Virus record (IMG/VR): IMGVR_UViG_3300032931_000857
Strand: one strand, 5' to 3'
Length of the DNA: 20,000 bases
Source of the DNA: an uncultured virus (IMG/VR IMGVR_UViG_3300032931_000857)
Taxonomy: Duplodnaviria; Heunggongvirae; Uroviricota; Caudoviricetes
The notes beneath the pieces are model-generated. The model had not been told where the DNA came from. It searched no databases and saw only the letters and a list, made by a program, of their open reading frames with translations. The translations under genes and the position numbers were made by a program. The stretch's first letter is position 1; the number at the start of each line of letters is the position of its first letter. Of this stretch, positions 1-9,187 are shown in pieces.

Positions 1-1198
1 GAGTTTTATTATTAATAAAAAAATCAACAAATGGTTTTAAAACAACAGGTTGATCATTAATTTTTAATCCATTCTTAGCTTTAATATCGATTCCTTTTAT
101 AGGATCAAGAACAATTGAATTGTTAGATTTTTCATTATCTCCATGAGATATTGTAATAATTCCAATTGAATGAATTGTTAAATTTCCAGAAGTATCAAGA
201 GATACATGCAATCCATTTTTATTAGATTGATTTAAACCAGCCCCAGATGCCCTTATATCAATAGCACCTTTGTCACTTATACCAACCTTCATTCTATTAC
301 CAAGTATCGCTGTAGTGGCTCCTGGAGGCACTATACTAAATCCCTCATCCTTAATAACATCATCAACTCTAATATTAACAAAACTATCCCCAGGTTCTCC
401 CATTTCAATAGTAATTCTTGATTTTTTTTGATTTATAACTTTTGATAAAAGTACTTCTTTTCCTTTCTCAATAACAGGAGTATCCATATTTGCTCCAACA
501 AATGGAGCATACGTTCCTTCACATGTAGAAATCCAATCATCAGGATTTTTATTACAAGTAACATATCTTCTATAATTAATTAAATAATCTTCAGGACTAA
601 CCATAGTAGATTTTTCATTTATATCATTACCTGCATATAATCCAAATTGTTCTCTTGCATACGAAGCTTTACTATTATGAGAAATAACTCTATGAATATT
701 TTGAGCATATGTATAATGAAGATTTTCTTTAACTCCAAATCCAAAAGGTTTCATGGTTGTATTTATTACATTTCCAGATGCTAATACAACCTGCCCATTA
801 TCTGTAGCAATAACGCCTGCCCCAGAATTTTTATTAACAAATCTAAATGTATTATCGTCAGGTTCAGAAACAGGATTTTCTATTTTTATAGGAGCGATGG
901 ATCTTTCTGAATAAATTCCAATAATTACTTTTTCATGATTAGGGGCTATTCCTATAAATTCATTTTTAGGACCTCCAAAATGAAATTGAACTAATACTTT
1001 AACAAATTCTCCAATTTTAAAATTATCTTCCAATCCTGGAGGGTATGATAAAGAACAATATGTTTGACCTATAGATCCTAATGGAGATTTATGAATGGCA
1101 ACTTCATATGATTCAGTATCATCAAGTTTATTAGTGATAACCCCATCACAAATACATGGTACTACAGTATACGATATTGTATCATTGGAATTAAACAT
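1..1198 (-). CDS. Partial (3' end outside window) putative phage baseplate spike/hub protein (gpV/gp5-like)
   Basis: Not in the ORF track. ATG at 1198, 2 nt after the RNAP stop; the frame reads open to the window edge (~399 codons): MFNSNDTISYTVVPCICDGVITNK...FKIGEFVKVLVQF...VIIGIY..., ending in short beta-strand-like repeats (KVGISDKGAIDIRA, HVSLDTSGNFTIHS, SIVLDPIKGIDIKA). The OB-fold-like N-terminus plus beta-helix-like C-terminus resembles gpV/gp5 spikes; function is inferred. Confidence 0.55.
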   Translation of the reverse strand, partial: MFNSNDTISYTVVPCICDGVITNKLDDTESYEVAIHKSPLGSIGQTYCSLSYPPGLEDNFKIGEFVKVLVQFHFGGPKNEFIGIAPNHEKVIIGIYSERSIAPIKIENPVSEPDDNTFRFVNKNSGAGVIATDNGQVVLASGNVINTTMKPFGFGVKENLHYTYAQNIHRVISHNSKASYAREQFGLYAGNDINEKSTMVSPEDYLINYRRYVTCNKNPDDWISTCEGTYAPFVGANMDTPVIEKGKEVLLSKVINQKKSRITIEMGEPGDSFVNIRVDDVIKDEGFSIVPPGATTAILGNRMKVGISDKGAIDIRASGAGLNQSNKNGLHVSLDTSGNLTIHSIGIITISHGDNEKSNNSIVLDPIKGIDIKAKNGLKINDQPVVLKPFVDFFINNKT

Positions 1199-1200
1199 AA

Positions 1201-4200
1201 TTACTTATTTTTTCCATATTCCCCTGTAATAAGTTGAGTAATTGGATTTCCTACATTAGGATCAATAACACTTTTAAATCCCTGAGTTGTCCCTTCTTCA
1301 AGAACTTTTGCTATTCTATTATGTGCTAATCGTGAAATCCAATCTTCGCTTGTTTGAGCCTTTGCGCTTATTCCTGCAGGAGTTAAAAATGGTTCATGTT
1401 TAATTTTATCTTTAAAAATATTTATTCTTTTAACTCCTTTATTACTTAAATCTTCAATAATATTATTTGTAATTTTAGTATTTTTTTTGTATATGCCATA
1501 ATTTTGAGATAAATGATCGCCTTCAGTATTTTCAATATCATCTTCTTTATTATTATTGTTATTATAATATTCTACAGTTGTTAATGGAGCAACATCATAA
1601 GGGGCGTATGTACTTGATCCTGGATGTAATATTCTTGTTGTATTCGTTATACCCCTAACAACAGTCTCGATATCTCTTGAATCAAGTTTTCCTTCATTAA
1701 TATTATTTATTTCTTTTACAAGAAATTTTTGAGCGTCTTTAAATCCTCTATATTTTAAAACATCATGCACACTTGTTGTTCCTGTTGAAATATTATCACC
1801 CATAAATACTTTATCACCTTTTTTAACAAGCAGCTCAGTATTAGGATCTATATAATGAACGTCTTCTTTTTTATCATTTTGCAATACAACATCCCATCCG
1901 CCAATAGGAGATTTAATAATATTTTTTACTATCCCATCAATACTTGCAAGGGTTGATTTGTTAGGTATATTTGTAGTAAATCTTAAGACTCTTTCCAATA
2001 CATCAAATGCAGATCCAGTTTTTCCTGCGGCTACAGTTCCTCCTGTATGAAAAGCCTTCATAGCTAATTTTAATGAAGGTTCGGTTATTGTATGAGAGGA
2101 AATAATTCCTATATTATCACCTATATTATGTAATTTTCCATCATAATCAGCTCCATAAGAATAACTTGAAAATCCATCACCTGGAGTTGGATCGGTAATA
2201 GGTGATTGTACAAATATATTTTTTACTTTATGACTGTTCAATTTATTTACAAGATCACTATCGACAAGATCATTTCTTTTTGCAAGAATTTTTCCATGAG
2301 TATCTTTAACGTCTTTTGCCAAATATCTATTAATAATAGATTTCTTATCATCAATATTAAATTCAAAACCAACCGTATCGACAGGATCTTCACTGCTAAT
2401 TCTTGTTTCATAAATAGAATTAGTAAGATCTTTTGTTAACCATCCTGGCTTAAACGATTGTACTGATTTCTGTATATTTCCACTTCTTGCCCCATGAGCT
2501 GCGGCCCAATATTGAGAAGTATTAAGTCCTTCAGAATAAGATTTAGTAATTGGAACAGGAACAGCGGCTCCATCTATATCCGTAACTATTCCAGGCATTA
2601 ATGCTATAGATGCAAAATTACTTATACCCTTACCTGCTCCTGATTTTAAACCAATACCAACCATAGTGTTTTCATCATAATCAGATTCTAATTTTTTAAT
2701 ACCTTTTGATACCGCTTCATTAAATGACTTAACAATAGAAGAACTATCATCCTTACTAACATTTTTCCATGCATCAGACACTAATTTATCTTTAAATTTT
2801 TTATCAATAATGGTATCTGATACTCCTAATGTCAATCCATAAGTTGTAACATAATTATTTCCAACATCTTTAATCTTGTCCGCAAGGGCAAGTGCCTGTT
2901 TTCCATTATATTTTTTTACTACATCACGAATCCATCCTTCGGTATTTTTGCTTGTTAATTCTATATTATATTTTTTCATATCATCAGGAACTATAGAATT
3001 GATTTCATGCATACCAAATGGAGCCTTTATATTATTAATAGTCACATTGTCACCATAAGTAAATTTATTATTTTTAAAAGACTCACGAGCATCGTCTATA
3101 TTATTAAAAGATAAATTGGTTTCTTTTCCACCTTTACCTTTTGAGACAAGCCAACTTCCTGCAGTTATATCAAGAGATGGCTTATTAAGAACTGTATCAT
3201 AACCGGTTTTAAGCATACTGGCAGAGGGTTTCATTAATTCTGCCTCTTGTAAAGCTTTTGACGAAATAGGAACATGTAATTGAAATGTGTCTTGACAAAT
3301 AATACCATTATTTAACATAAACGTATATGAACCAGGAGCTGTTATATCATACATGGTAAGAAGTTCTTTATTTAATTCTATATTTTTAGCATATACCCAT
3401 GTAATATTTTTATTATTAACTATTTCAATCCATCTATCATCCGCAATACCTTTAGGCAGTATAGTAATTATTTTAATAGCTGTTGGTCTTGATATACATC
3501 CAGAATTTACAGCATCATACATTGAACTATATAAGTTAGAATATTTATTTGATTTTATATGTAACCTGAATTTTATATACATATCATCACTAAAAGGAAC
3601 CATATCAAGTCTGGCAGCCATTGAAGCGGATGTTTCGCCACCTGTTGCTTGAAATTTTTCAAAAGCTTCTTTTTTATCAGGATTTATAAAATTAAGTTTT
3701 TTATCAACAATAGTCTGGGTTGAAAATACAACAGTATACTCAACACATGTATCACGTTCAGAAGAAGTAATTGATGCTGAAATTCCAAGAGTTCGTGAAA
3801 GAGTTACTATTTCTTCCGCAAGACGTACAGACGTCGTAGAATACAATAATATATACTGTGATTTTTTACCTTGTGAATGGTTCCATGTAGACGTTCCATC
3901 CGTATCTATAAGACCGGATAGAAGGCCAAGACGAAACTCTTCTGAGGTAGACATAAAAAATATAGGAAGATGTTTGTTTCTAGCTAAATGACCAATCCAA
4001 ATTTTAATATTTTGTGCAAGAGAAATACTTGTTTTAGTGTGTTTTGTACTAAAACAATCATAACCCATAAATGAATGAGGAGAATCGATAGAATAAATTC
4101 CTATATCTTCTTTCATCATTTTATTAATAGTATTATTAAATATTTTTTTTATTTCTGGATGAACAGTAGCCATACAAATATCAACATTATTAGAAATCCA

Positions 4201-7200
4201 ACCATTACCAATCATAATTCCAATAAAATGTCCAACTTCTCTTGTTAATTCAATTTCATCAATACATTTAATAGTATTTTTTCCAGTTATTAAATTAATA
4301 TCACTTTTTGAATAATCAATTAATGGAATTTTAAATAATGACGGTATTATATCAAGTTTTCTAAGTTTTGGAATAGCTTTTTTTAATAAATCTCTAGGAG
4401 AAATTCTTTCAAGTTCAAATGTAATCATATTAAGTGCTATTGCACTTTGATCACTTGATAATATCAATTCATTTTTATCTGATAATTTTACAATATAATT
4501 AGTAAGATTCTTATGAATTGAAAATTGTGTAACAGGAACTTCTAAAAATTTATGAGTCTTACTATCTATTGTAAATATAGATACTCCATCAGGAACTTTA
4601 TATAATTCATTTCCATTATTTTGAATTTCACATGAATCTTTAATTCTTGGAAAATTCTCAATATTAATGTGAATAATAGACTTATCACCTATTATTACAG
4701 GAAGATTATTAAGACATGGCATATTAACCTCCAGCGATTTAAGTAAATAATACATTTGTTTGCTGGAATTAATATACATATTTTCACAATTAATGTCAAG
4801 ATCTTTTTTAAAAAAAAGTGAACCAAAATCTATTTTATCAAATTGTTCACATAAATCGTTTATTTTTAATGAGATATACAATCCACAAAAAATAGAATCT
4901 CCGTCAAAATCACCACCCATGTTTTCTACTACTGTTATGCCAGGAACTTCAATAGATTTGCCATCAGTTAATTTAGGTTTAAATGCAGTCATATTCCATC
5001 TATGCAATGTAGGCGCCCTGTTAGCTATAACCAGTCTCTCGTCGCTTACAACCTGTAATGCTCTCTGATATATAGGATCATTATCCTTAATAAGTTTCTG
5101 AGCCTCAACGGGCTTATATCCCCACTCAACCATCTTCTTCATAATAAATGGCTGGAAAATTTTCCCAGCCATTATTTTGGGGATTCCCAATTCGTCACCG
5201 CCAAGTTCAGGGTTCAATATAATAGTCGATCTTCCAACCAAGTCCTGCCTGCGCTCAAGCACTTTATCCTGAAAAAAACCTTCCTTAGTTTGTTTTGTAG
5301 CGCCTCCATCAATCTGAGGAATAAATCCTTTCTTATTTTTTACTTTATGCAAATAAGACGTAGGATCTCCCATACCAACAACAGCCTTTAAATCATTATA
5401 CAATGCCCCTCTCGCTTCTGCAAGTTGTAAATTTTTTATATCTTCATTATCAATAGATTCATCTAAAGTTGTTTTCAAATTCTTTAATGCACTTGATGTA
5501 TAAGCGGTTTGTTGATACAAATCATTAATATCAGATACAACAACAGTTCCTTCTGTTCCAATTTGAAATACAGGACGAAATTTTGAAGGAGTAACTAAAA
5601 CATTCGATATAATATAATCAGAAGGTTTCATATTGTTATCTTTAATCGATTTCAAATAACGAATTTTTTTATGTATCTTATTAAGTTCAGTAGGATTGGT
5701 TATTGTTTTTGAATCTTCTTCAGCATTTTTAAGTTCATTTTTTACATTAATACGTTCAAGAAGAAGTTTAACTGCAGGCCCTCCTGATATAGAATTTGGA
5801 GACCCAGGCTCAACAATTTTACCATTTGACTTATCTATAAATTTTTTTCCTATTAAAATATTATCTAAATGAGTAATAGGCATATCTAACAAATTTGCAG
5901 TTGCTGAAGTTGTTATAGGGTTCAATGTTGGTTCTGGAAGTTTAAAATAAGTGAAATTATTACCATATAAACCACCAGCTTTTACAGGATCAAATAATCC
6001 ATCTTTAATTGGAGCAAGATCCTTTTTACGATATGACAATTCAGGTCTGGTTATTTCTCCACTAGATATTTCAATAATATCTTTATCAGTCATAGGTTTT
6101 AATGCAAACGTTTTTCCTTTTTGTTCAACATTAATTCCAGCCCCTGACATCATAGCCAACATCTTATCCCATGCAAATGATCTTTTAGGAGGAGGAAGGC
6201 TTTGTCCGGTTTCCATAGCCCTCCAATACTCATCATTTTTTTGACCTTTAATCTGAAACATTTCACGCAAATTCTCATTAGCTCCTCGTGCTAATAATGC
6301 AGCCATTTCCATTCTACCTAAATTTTTTCCTCCCGTTATACCGCCAGTAGCGGCCTGCTCATTAGCATCATAACTATCTTTATATCGAGCTGAAAATTTA
6401 TGATCAACAATATGTTCAAGTTTTAAAATATGAGCCGTGCCTGTAGCAATAGGATTTAATAATGGTTTTTTGGTCTCAGGATCAATTAAAATATCTTTAT
6501 CTGACAATCCTTCTTTTTTTAACTCACTAATAATTTTACGAGAATTATCCTCTCCTGAAAAATTATTTATATCATAAGTTTTTCCTGTTTTACTTACTAA
6601 TTTACCTACAGCAGCTTCAAGTAATTGAGATGTATTTATTCTATTTGAAACTCCTAAAGGACTCATTGTTAAATCAATTTTTTCTCCAGTTTCCAAATTA
6701 TAAGGCATCTCATCGTCAGGAACAATTTTAGAAATGATATGTTTATTTCCATGCAATCCAGATATTTTATCAGCAACCTTTAACTGCTCTTCAGTCTTTA
6801 TATTAACAACTACATTATTTCCACTTTTAGTAACTTTTTTTACAACTCCTATTATATCTTTATCCCATAGCAAAGCATTATTAGACATATCTCTTTTTAA
6901 TTGCTTGTCAAGCCTTCCTAAAATTATATCATCTGACGTTGGTGATTTTCTTTCAAGATGAGCAATAACAACATCGTCTCTTTCAACTGTCTCTCCAACT
7001 TTAATAACTCCGTCACTATCTAATTTTTTTGATTTATTTGATGGCAATACTTCAGGATAATATGCTTTAAATTTATCACGCGAAAAAACTCCATTAGAAG
7101 TTCTTTTAGTTTTAAAATCATACATATGTTCAGATGTTAATTTTTTAGCAGCACTTTCTGAAATGATAGCTGAATCCTCAAAATTATAACCTTTATAAGG

Positions 7201-9150
7201 AACATAAGCAACTTTTAAATTAGCTCCAATAGCTATATTACCATCTTTCGTAAAATTATTATCGGCAAGAACATCATCCTGTTTAACAGAATCACCTATT
7301 TTTACCTTAGATTCATTATGTAAAAAACTCTCTCCATTTAAAGAAAAATTATTATATAACTGAATAGTATATTTATTTTTATTTTTATCTTTAATAATAA
7401 TTTTATTTTCATTAACATCCTCAACAATTCCATCAACAGGAGACTTGGGAAGTGCTATAATGCTTGCAATATTTTTTCCAAAATTTCTTCCATTTTCATC
7501 AACAATATTAAATAATGGCTTATCTCTATATTTTAAAGGAAGAGCCTGTTCTTGCATTTTTGATGCAGTCAATCCCCTATTACCTTGAATAGAATTAAGA
7601 AATGGAATCATATTAACAGACGAATCAAACATTCCAATAGGATTGGCTATTATTACATCGACATCAGAACTGTTAACACTTTTTATTTTTCCTTGATTTA
7701 CAACTTTTATTTTATTATTTTTAGGAACAGGAATCTTTTTAGTTACATCATATTCATCAGGAAATGCTACATTTTTATCCCAAACATCTTGAGGAGATAA
7801 AAGAACTTTCTCACCATTCTTTTTTAACATTTTCGAATATAAATTATTACCAACCTTTATTGTATCAACAGATGTATGAACGGCAACTCCAATAGCCTGC
7901 CCTTCAGGAGTATGAAGAGGATCTACAAATCCAACTTCACTATTAGAAATTTTTCTAATATCATTAGTTATAGCATTTGTTGATCCAATTCCACCTTCTC
8001 CCATAACAGTAAACTTAGACGACCCTCCGATAATAGACATTATATTTGTTTGTTCAGGAGGTGTTGATAATTGACTAGTAGTAATTGTTCCAACAACAAA
8101 AGGATCAAAAGACTGAGCGCTAATTGATTTATTTATAAATTTATTTTTTTTTAACTTATACTTAATGTTATTAATTATTTTATTACTGTTTTTAACAAGA
8201 CGTTCACGTATATGATCTTCTACATCAAAAAAAGATTTAAACACTAAAGATTCACGATCATCAGATTCTATCTCACCTTTATTAATATCAATAATCTTTT
8301 TAGACGCATCAAGAATAACATCTTTATTAACATTTGTATATGATTTTCCCAAAGTTATTTTTGTTGTTTCAGGATCAAGATTTGTCGCAAATAATCTTTC
8401 TTTTATTTGACTTCTTATTGTATCATTATTTATATTATTTGCAGGAGCAATTCCAAAAACCGCTTCATATAACTTATTCTGATCCCTCAATTCATGCTTA
8501 TCATAAGATTTAGAATTTGCATCGTAAACTTGCTGTCCCCATTTTTTAATTAATTCACTTGGACTTACTCCAATAACTTTTAAAGCATTAATAAGTGGAA
8601 TATTTTTATTTCCATATCCCATTGTAAATATTTTAGTTTCCGGTTCAAAATTCAATTTAAAATTATTATTAAATCCTCTATCAAAATCTATAGTTTTATC
8701 AACATTAAAAAATGAACTTATTTCACCGTTAGATTGCCTCTTTGTATATACACCGGGCTTAAGTCTTGACTGTTTAGTAAAAACATATTCATTCCCATTA
8801 ATAAGATATGTTCCTCTATCGGTTATTTTTGGAATTGTAGTAATTTTAAGATTTTGAACTTTATCAATTGATTTGCCTGTTTTTTTATCTATAATTTCAA
8901 GATCGGCTCTTAAATCATTTGCCCATATTTGATTTTTATTTCTTACTGTCATCTGAGATTCAATATCTTTATTATCAAATTTTTCATTAACAAAAATTTT
9001 ATTAACTTTTAATTTTATATCGTCATCTTCTACTGAATTTAAAATTTGCTTTACCGTATTAGACACTGTAGTATTTAATAAAACATTTCCACGGGCGTCA
9101 TTGGTCATCTGAAGAATTTTATTAAGAGTCTGTTGTTCCTTTAGATTCAT
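1201..9150 (-). CDS. rpoBC: Fused beta-beta' DNA-directed RNA polymerase (RpoB-RpoC-like single chain), intein-containing precursor; about 2113 aa after splicing
   Basis: Beta motifs in order: GTYLINGNE, VDPLHTPEG, MIPFL..NRGLTASKMQEQALPL, GYNFEDSAIISE, DKISGLHGNK, LKLEHIVDHKFSAR, GGKNLGRME. Beta' motifs follow in the same frame: SGEITRP..DGLFD, PSKFRP, GRSTI, NRAPTLHR, GGDFDGD, HGARSG (bridge helix), ITEPSLKLAMKAFHTGG (trigger loop). Junction near 6120. SD GAGGTG upstream of the ATG. Confidence 0.97.
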   Translation of the reverse strand: MNLKEQQTLNKILQMTNDARGNVLLNTTVSNTVKQILNSVEDDDIKLKVNKIFVNEKFDNKDIESQMTVRNKNQIWANDLRADLEIIDKKTGKSIDKVQNLKITTIPKITDRGTYLINGNEYVFTKQSRLKPGVYTKRQSNGEISSFFNVDKTIDFDRGFNNNFKLNFEPETKIFTMGYGNKNIPLINALKVIGVSPSELIKKWGQQVYDANSKSYDKHELRDQNKLYEAVFGIAPANNINNDTIRSQIKERLFATNLDPETTKITLGKSYTNVNKDVILDASKKIIDINKGEIESDDRESLVFKSFFDVEDHIRERLVKNSNKIINNIKYKLKKNKFINKSISAQSFDPFVVGTITTSQLSTPPEQTNIMSIIGGSSKFTVMGEGGIGSTNAITNDIRKISNSEVGFVDPLHTPEGQAIGVAVHTSVDTIKVGNNLYSKMLKKNGEKVLLSPQDVWDKNVAFPDEYDVTKKIPVPKNNKIKVVNQGKIKSVNSSDVDVIIANPIGMFDSSVNMIPFLNSIQGNRGLTASKMQEQALPLKYRDKPLFNIVDENGRNFGKNIASIIALPKSPVDGIVEDVNENKIIIKDKNKNKYTIQLYNNFSLNGESFLHNESKVKIGDSVKQDDVLADNNFTKDGNIAIGANLKVAYVPYKGYNFEDSAIISESAAKKLTSEHMYDFKTKRTSNGVFSRDKFKAYYPEVLPSNKSKKLDSDGVIKVGETVERDDVVIAHLERKSPTSDDIILGRLDKQLKRDMSNNALLWDKDIIGVVKKVTKSGNNVVVNIKTEEQLKVADKISGLHGNKHIISKIVPDDEMPYNLETGEKIDLTMSPLGVSNRINTSQLLEAAVGKLVSKTGKTYDINNFSGEDNSRKIISELKKEGLSDKDILIDPETKKPLLNPIATGTAHILKLEHIVDHKFSARYKDSYDANEQAATGGITGGKNLGRMEMAALLARGANENLREMFQIKGQKNDEYWRAMETGQSLPPPKRSFAWDKMLAMMSGAGINVEQKGKTFALKPMTDKDIIEISSGEITRPELSYRKKDLAPIKDGLFDPVKAGGLYGNNFTYFKLPEPTLNPITTSATANLLDMPITHLDNILIGKKFIDKSNGKIVEPGSPNSISGGPAVKLLLERINVKNELKNAEEDSKTITNPTELNKIHKKIRYLKSIKDNNMKPSDYIISNVLVTPSKFRPVFQIGTEGTVVVSDINDLYQQTAYTSSALKNLKTTLDESIDNEDIKNLQLAEARGALYNDLKAVVGMGDPTSYLHKVKNKKGFIPQIDGGATKQTKEGFFQDKVLERRQDLVGRSTIILNPELGGDELGIPKIMAGKIFQPFIMKKMVEWGYKPVEAQKLIKDNDPIYQRALQVVSDERLVIANRAPTLHRWNMTAFKPKLTDGKSIEVPGITVVENMGGDFDGDSIFCGLYISLKINDLCEQFDKIDFGSLFFKKDLDINCENMYINSSKQMYYLLKSLEVNMPCLNNLPVIIGDKSIIHINIENFPRIKDSCEIQNNGNELYKVPDGVSIFTIDSKTHKFLEVPVTQFSIHKNLTNYIVKLSDKNELILSSDQSAIALNMITFELERISPRDLLKKAIPKLRKLDIIPSLFKIPLIDYSKSDINLITGKNTIKCIDEIELTREVGHFIGIMIGNGWISNNVDICMATVHPEIKKIFNNTINKMMKEDIGIYSIDSPHSFMGYDCFSTKHTKTSISLAQNIKIWIGHLARNKHLPIFFMSTSEEFRLGLLSGLIDTDGTSTWNHSQGKKSQYILLYSTTSVRLAEEIVTLSRTLGISASITSSERDTCVEYTVVFSTQTIVDKKLNFINPDKKEAFEKFQATGGETSASMAARLDMVPFSDDMYIKFRLHIKSNKYSNLYSSMYDAVNSGCISRPTAIKIITILPKGIADDRWIEIVNNKNITWVYAKNIELNKELLTMYDITAPGSYTFMLNNGIICQDTFQLHVPISSKALQEAELMKPSASMLKTGYDTVLNKPSLDITAGSWLVSKGKGGKETNLSFNNIDDARESFKNNKFTYGDNVTINNIKAPFGMHEINSIVPDDMKKYNIELTSKNTEGWIRDVVKKYNGKQALALADKIKDVGNNYVTTYGLTLGVSDTIIDKKFKDKLVSDAWKNVSKDDSSSIVKSFNEAVSKGIKKLESDYDENTMVGIGLKSGAGKGISNFASIALMPGIVTDIDGAAVPVPITKSYSEGLNTSQYWAAAHGARSGNIQKSVQSFKPGWLTKDLTNSIYETRISSEDPVDTVGFEFNIDDKKSIINRYLAKDVKDTHGKILAKRNDLVDSDLVNKLNSHKVKNIFVQSPITDPTPGDGFSSYSYGADYDGKLHNIGDNIGIISSHTITEPSLKLAMKAFHTGGTVAAGKTGSAFDVLERVLRFTTNIPNKSTLASIDGIVKNIIKSPIGGWDVVLQNDKKEDVHYIDPNTELLVKKGDKVFMGDNISTGTTSVHDVLKYRGFKDAQKFLVKEINNINEGKLDSRDIETVVRGITNTTRILHPGSSTYAPYDVAPLTTVEYYNNNNNKEDDIENTEGDHLSQNYGIYKKNTKITNNIIEDLSNKGVKRINIFKDKIKHEPFLTPAGISAKAQTSEDWISRLAHNRIAKVLEEGTTQGFKSVIDPNVGNPITQLITGEYGKNK
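3289..4896 (-). mobile_element. Intein with LAGLIDADG homing endonuclease domain (aa 1419-1954 of the RNAP precursor, 536 aa)
   Basis: Removing SIFCG...NNGIICQD restores GGDFDGD-TFQLHVPIS, which matches bacterial NADFDGD-QMAVHVPLS. Block B-like LILSSDQ, LAGLIDADG motifs FIGIMIGNG and LLSGLIDTDG, block H-like YSTTSVRLAEEIVTLSRTLGI, blocks F/G MYDITAPGSYTFMLNNGIICQD/T. Confidence 0.93.
4720..4799 (-). promoter_or_regulatory. Intein-internal sigma70-type promoter, RBS and in-frame start codon
   Basis: On the minus strand: TTGACA (4799-4794), 17-nt spacer, TATATT (4776-4771), GGAGGT (4732-4727), 4 nt, then ATG (4722-4720 = Met1477, in frame). An A/T tract lies just upstream of the -35. Confidence 0.75.
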
Positions 9151-9187
9151 AATTTATACACCTCAATAAAATTAATATTATATCTAT

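Noticed and set aside
3292..3294. Gln as the intein C-terminal residue
   Set aside because: That would make Asp the +1 residue (not a nucleophile) and leave DFDGDDT after splicing; Asp/Thr fits better.
2206..7800. Seven short plus-strand ORFs in the track that lie within the RNAP gene
   Set aside because: Antisense shadows of a well-supported gene, with no recognisable motifs.
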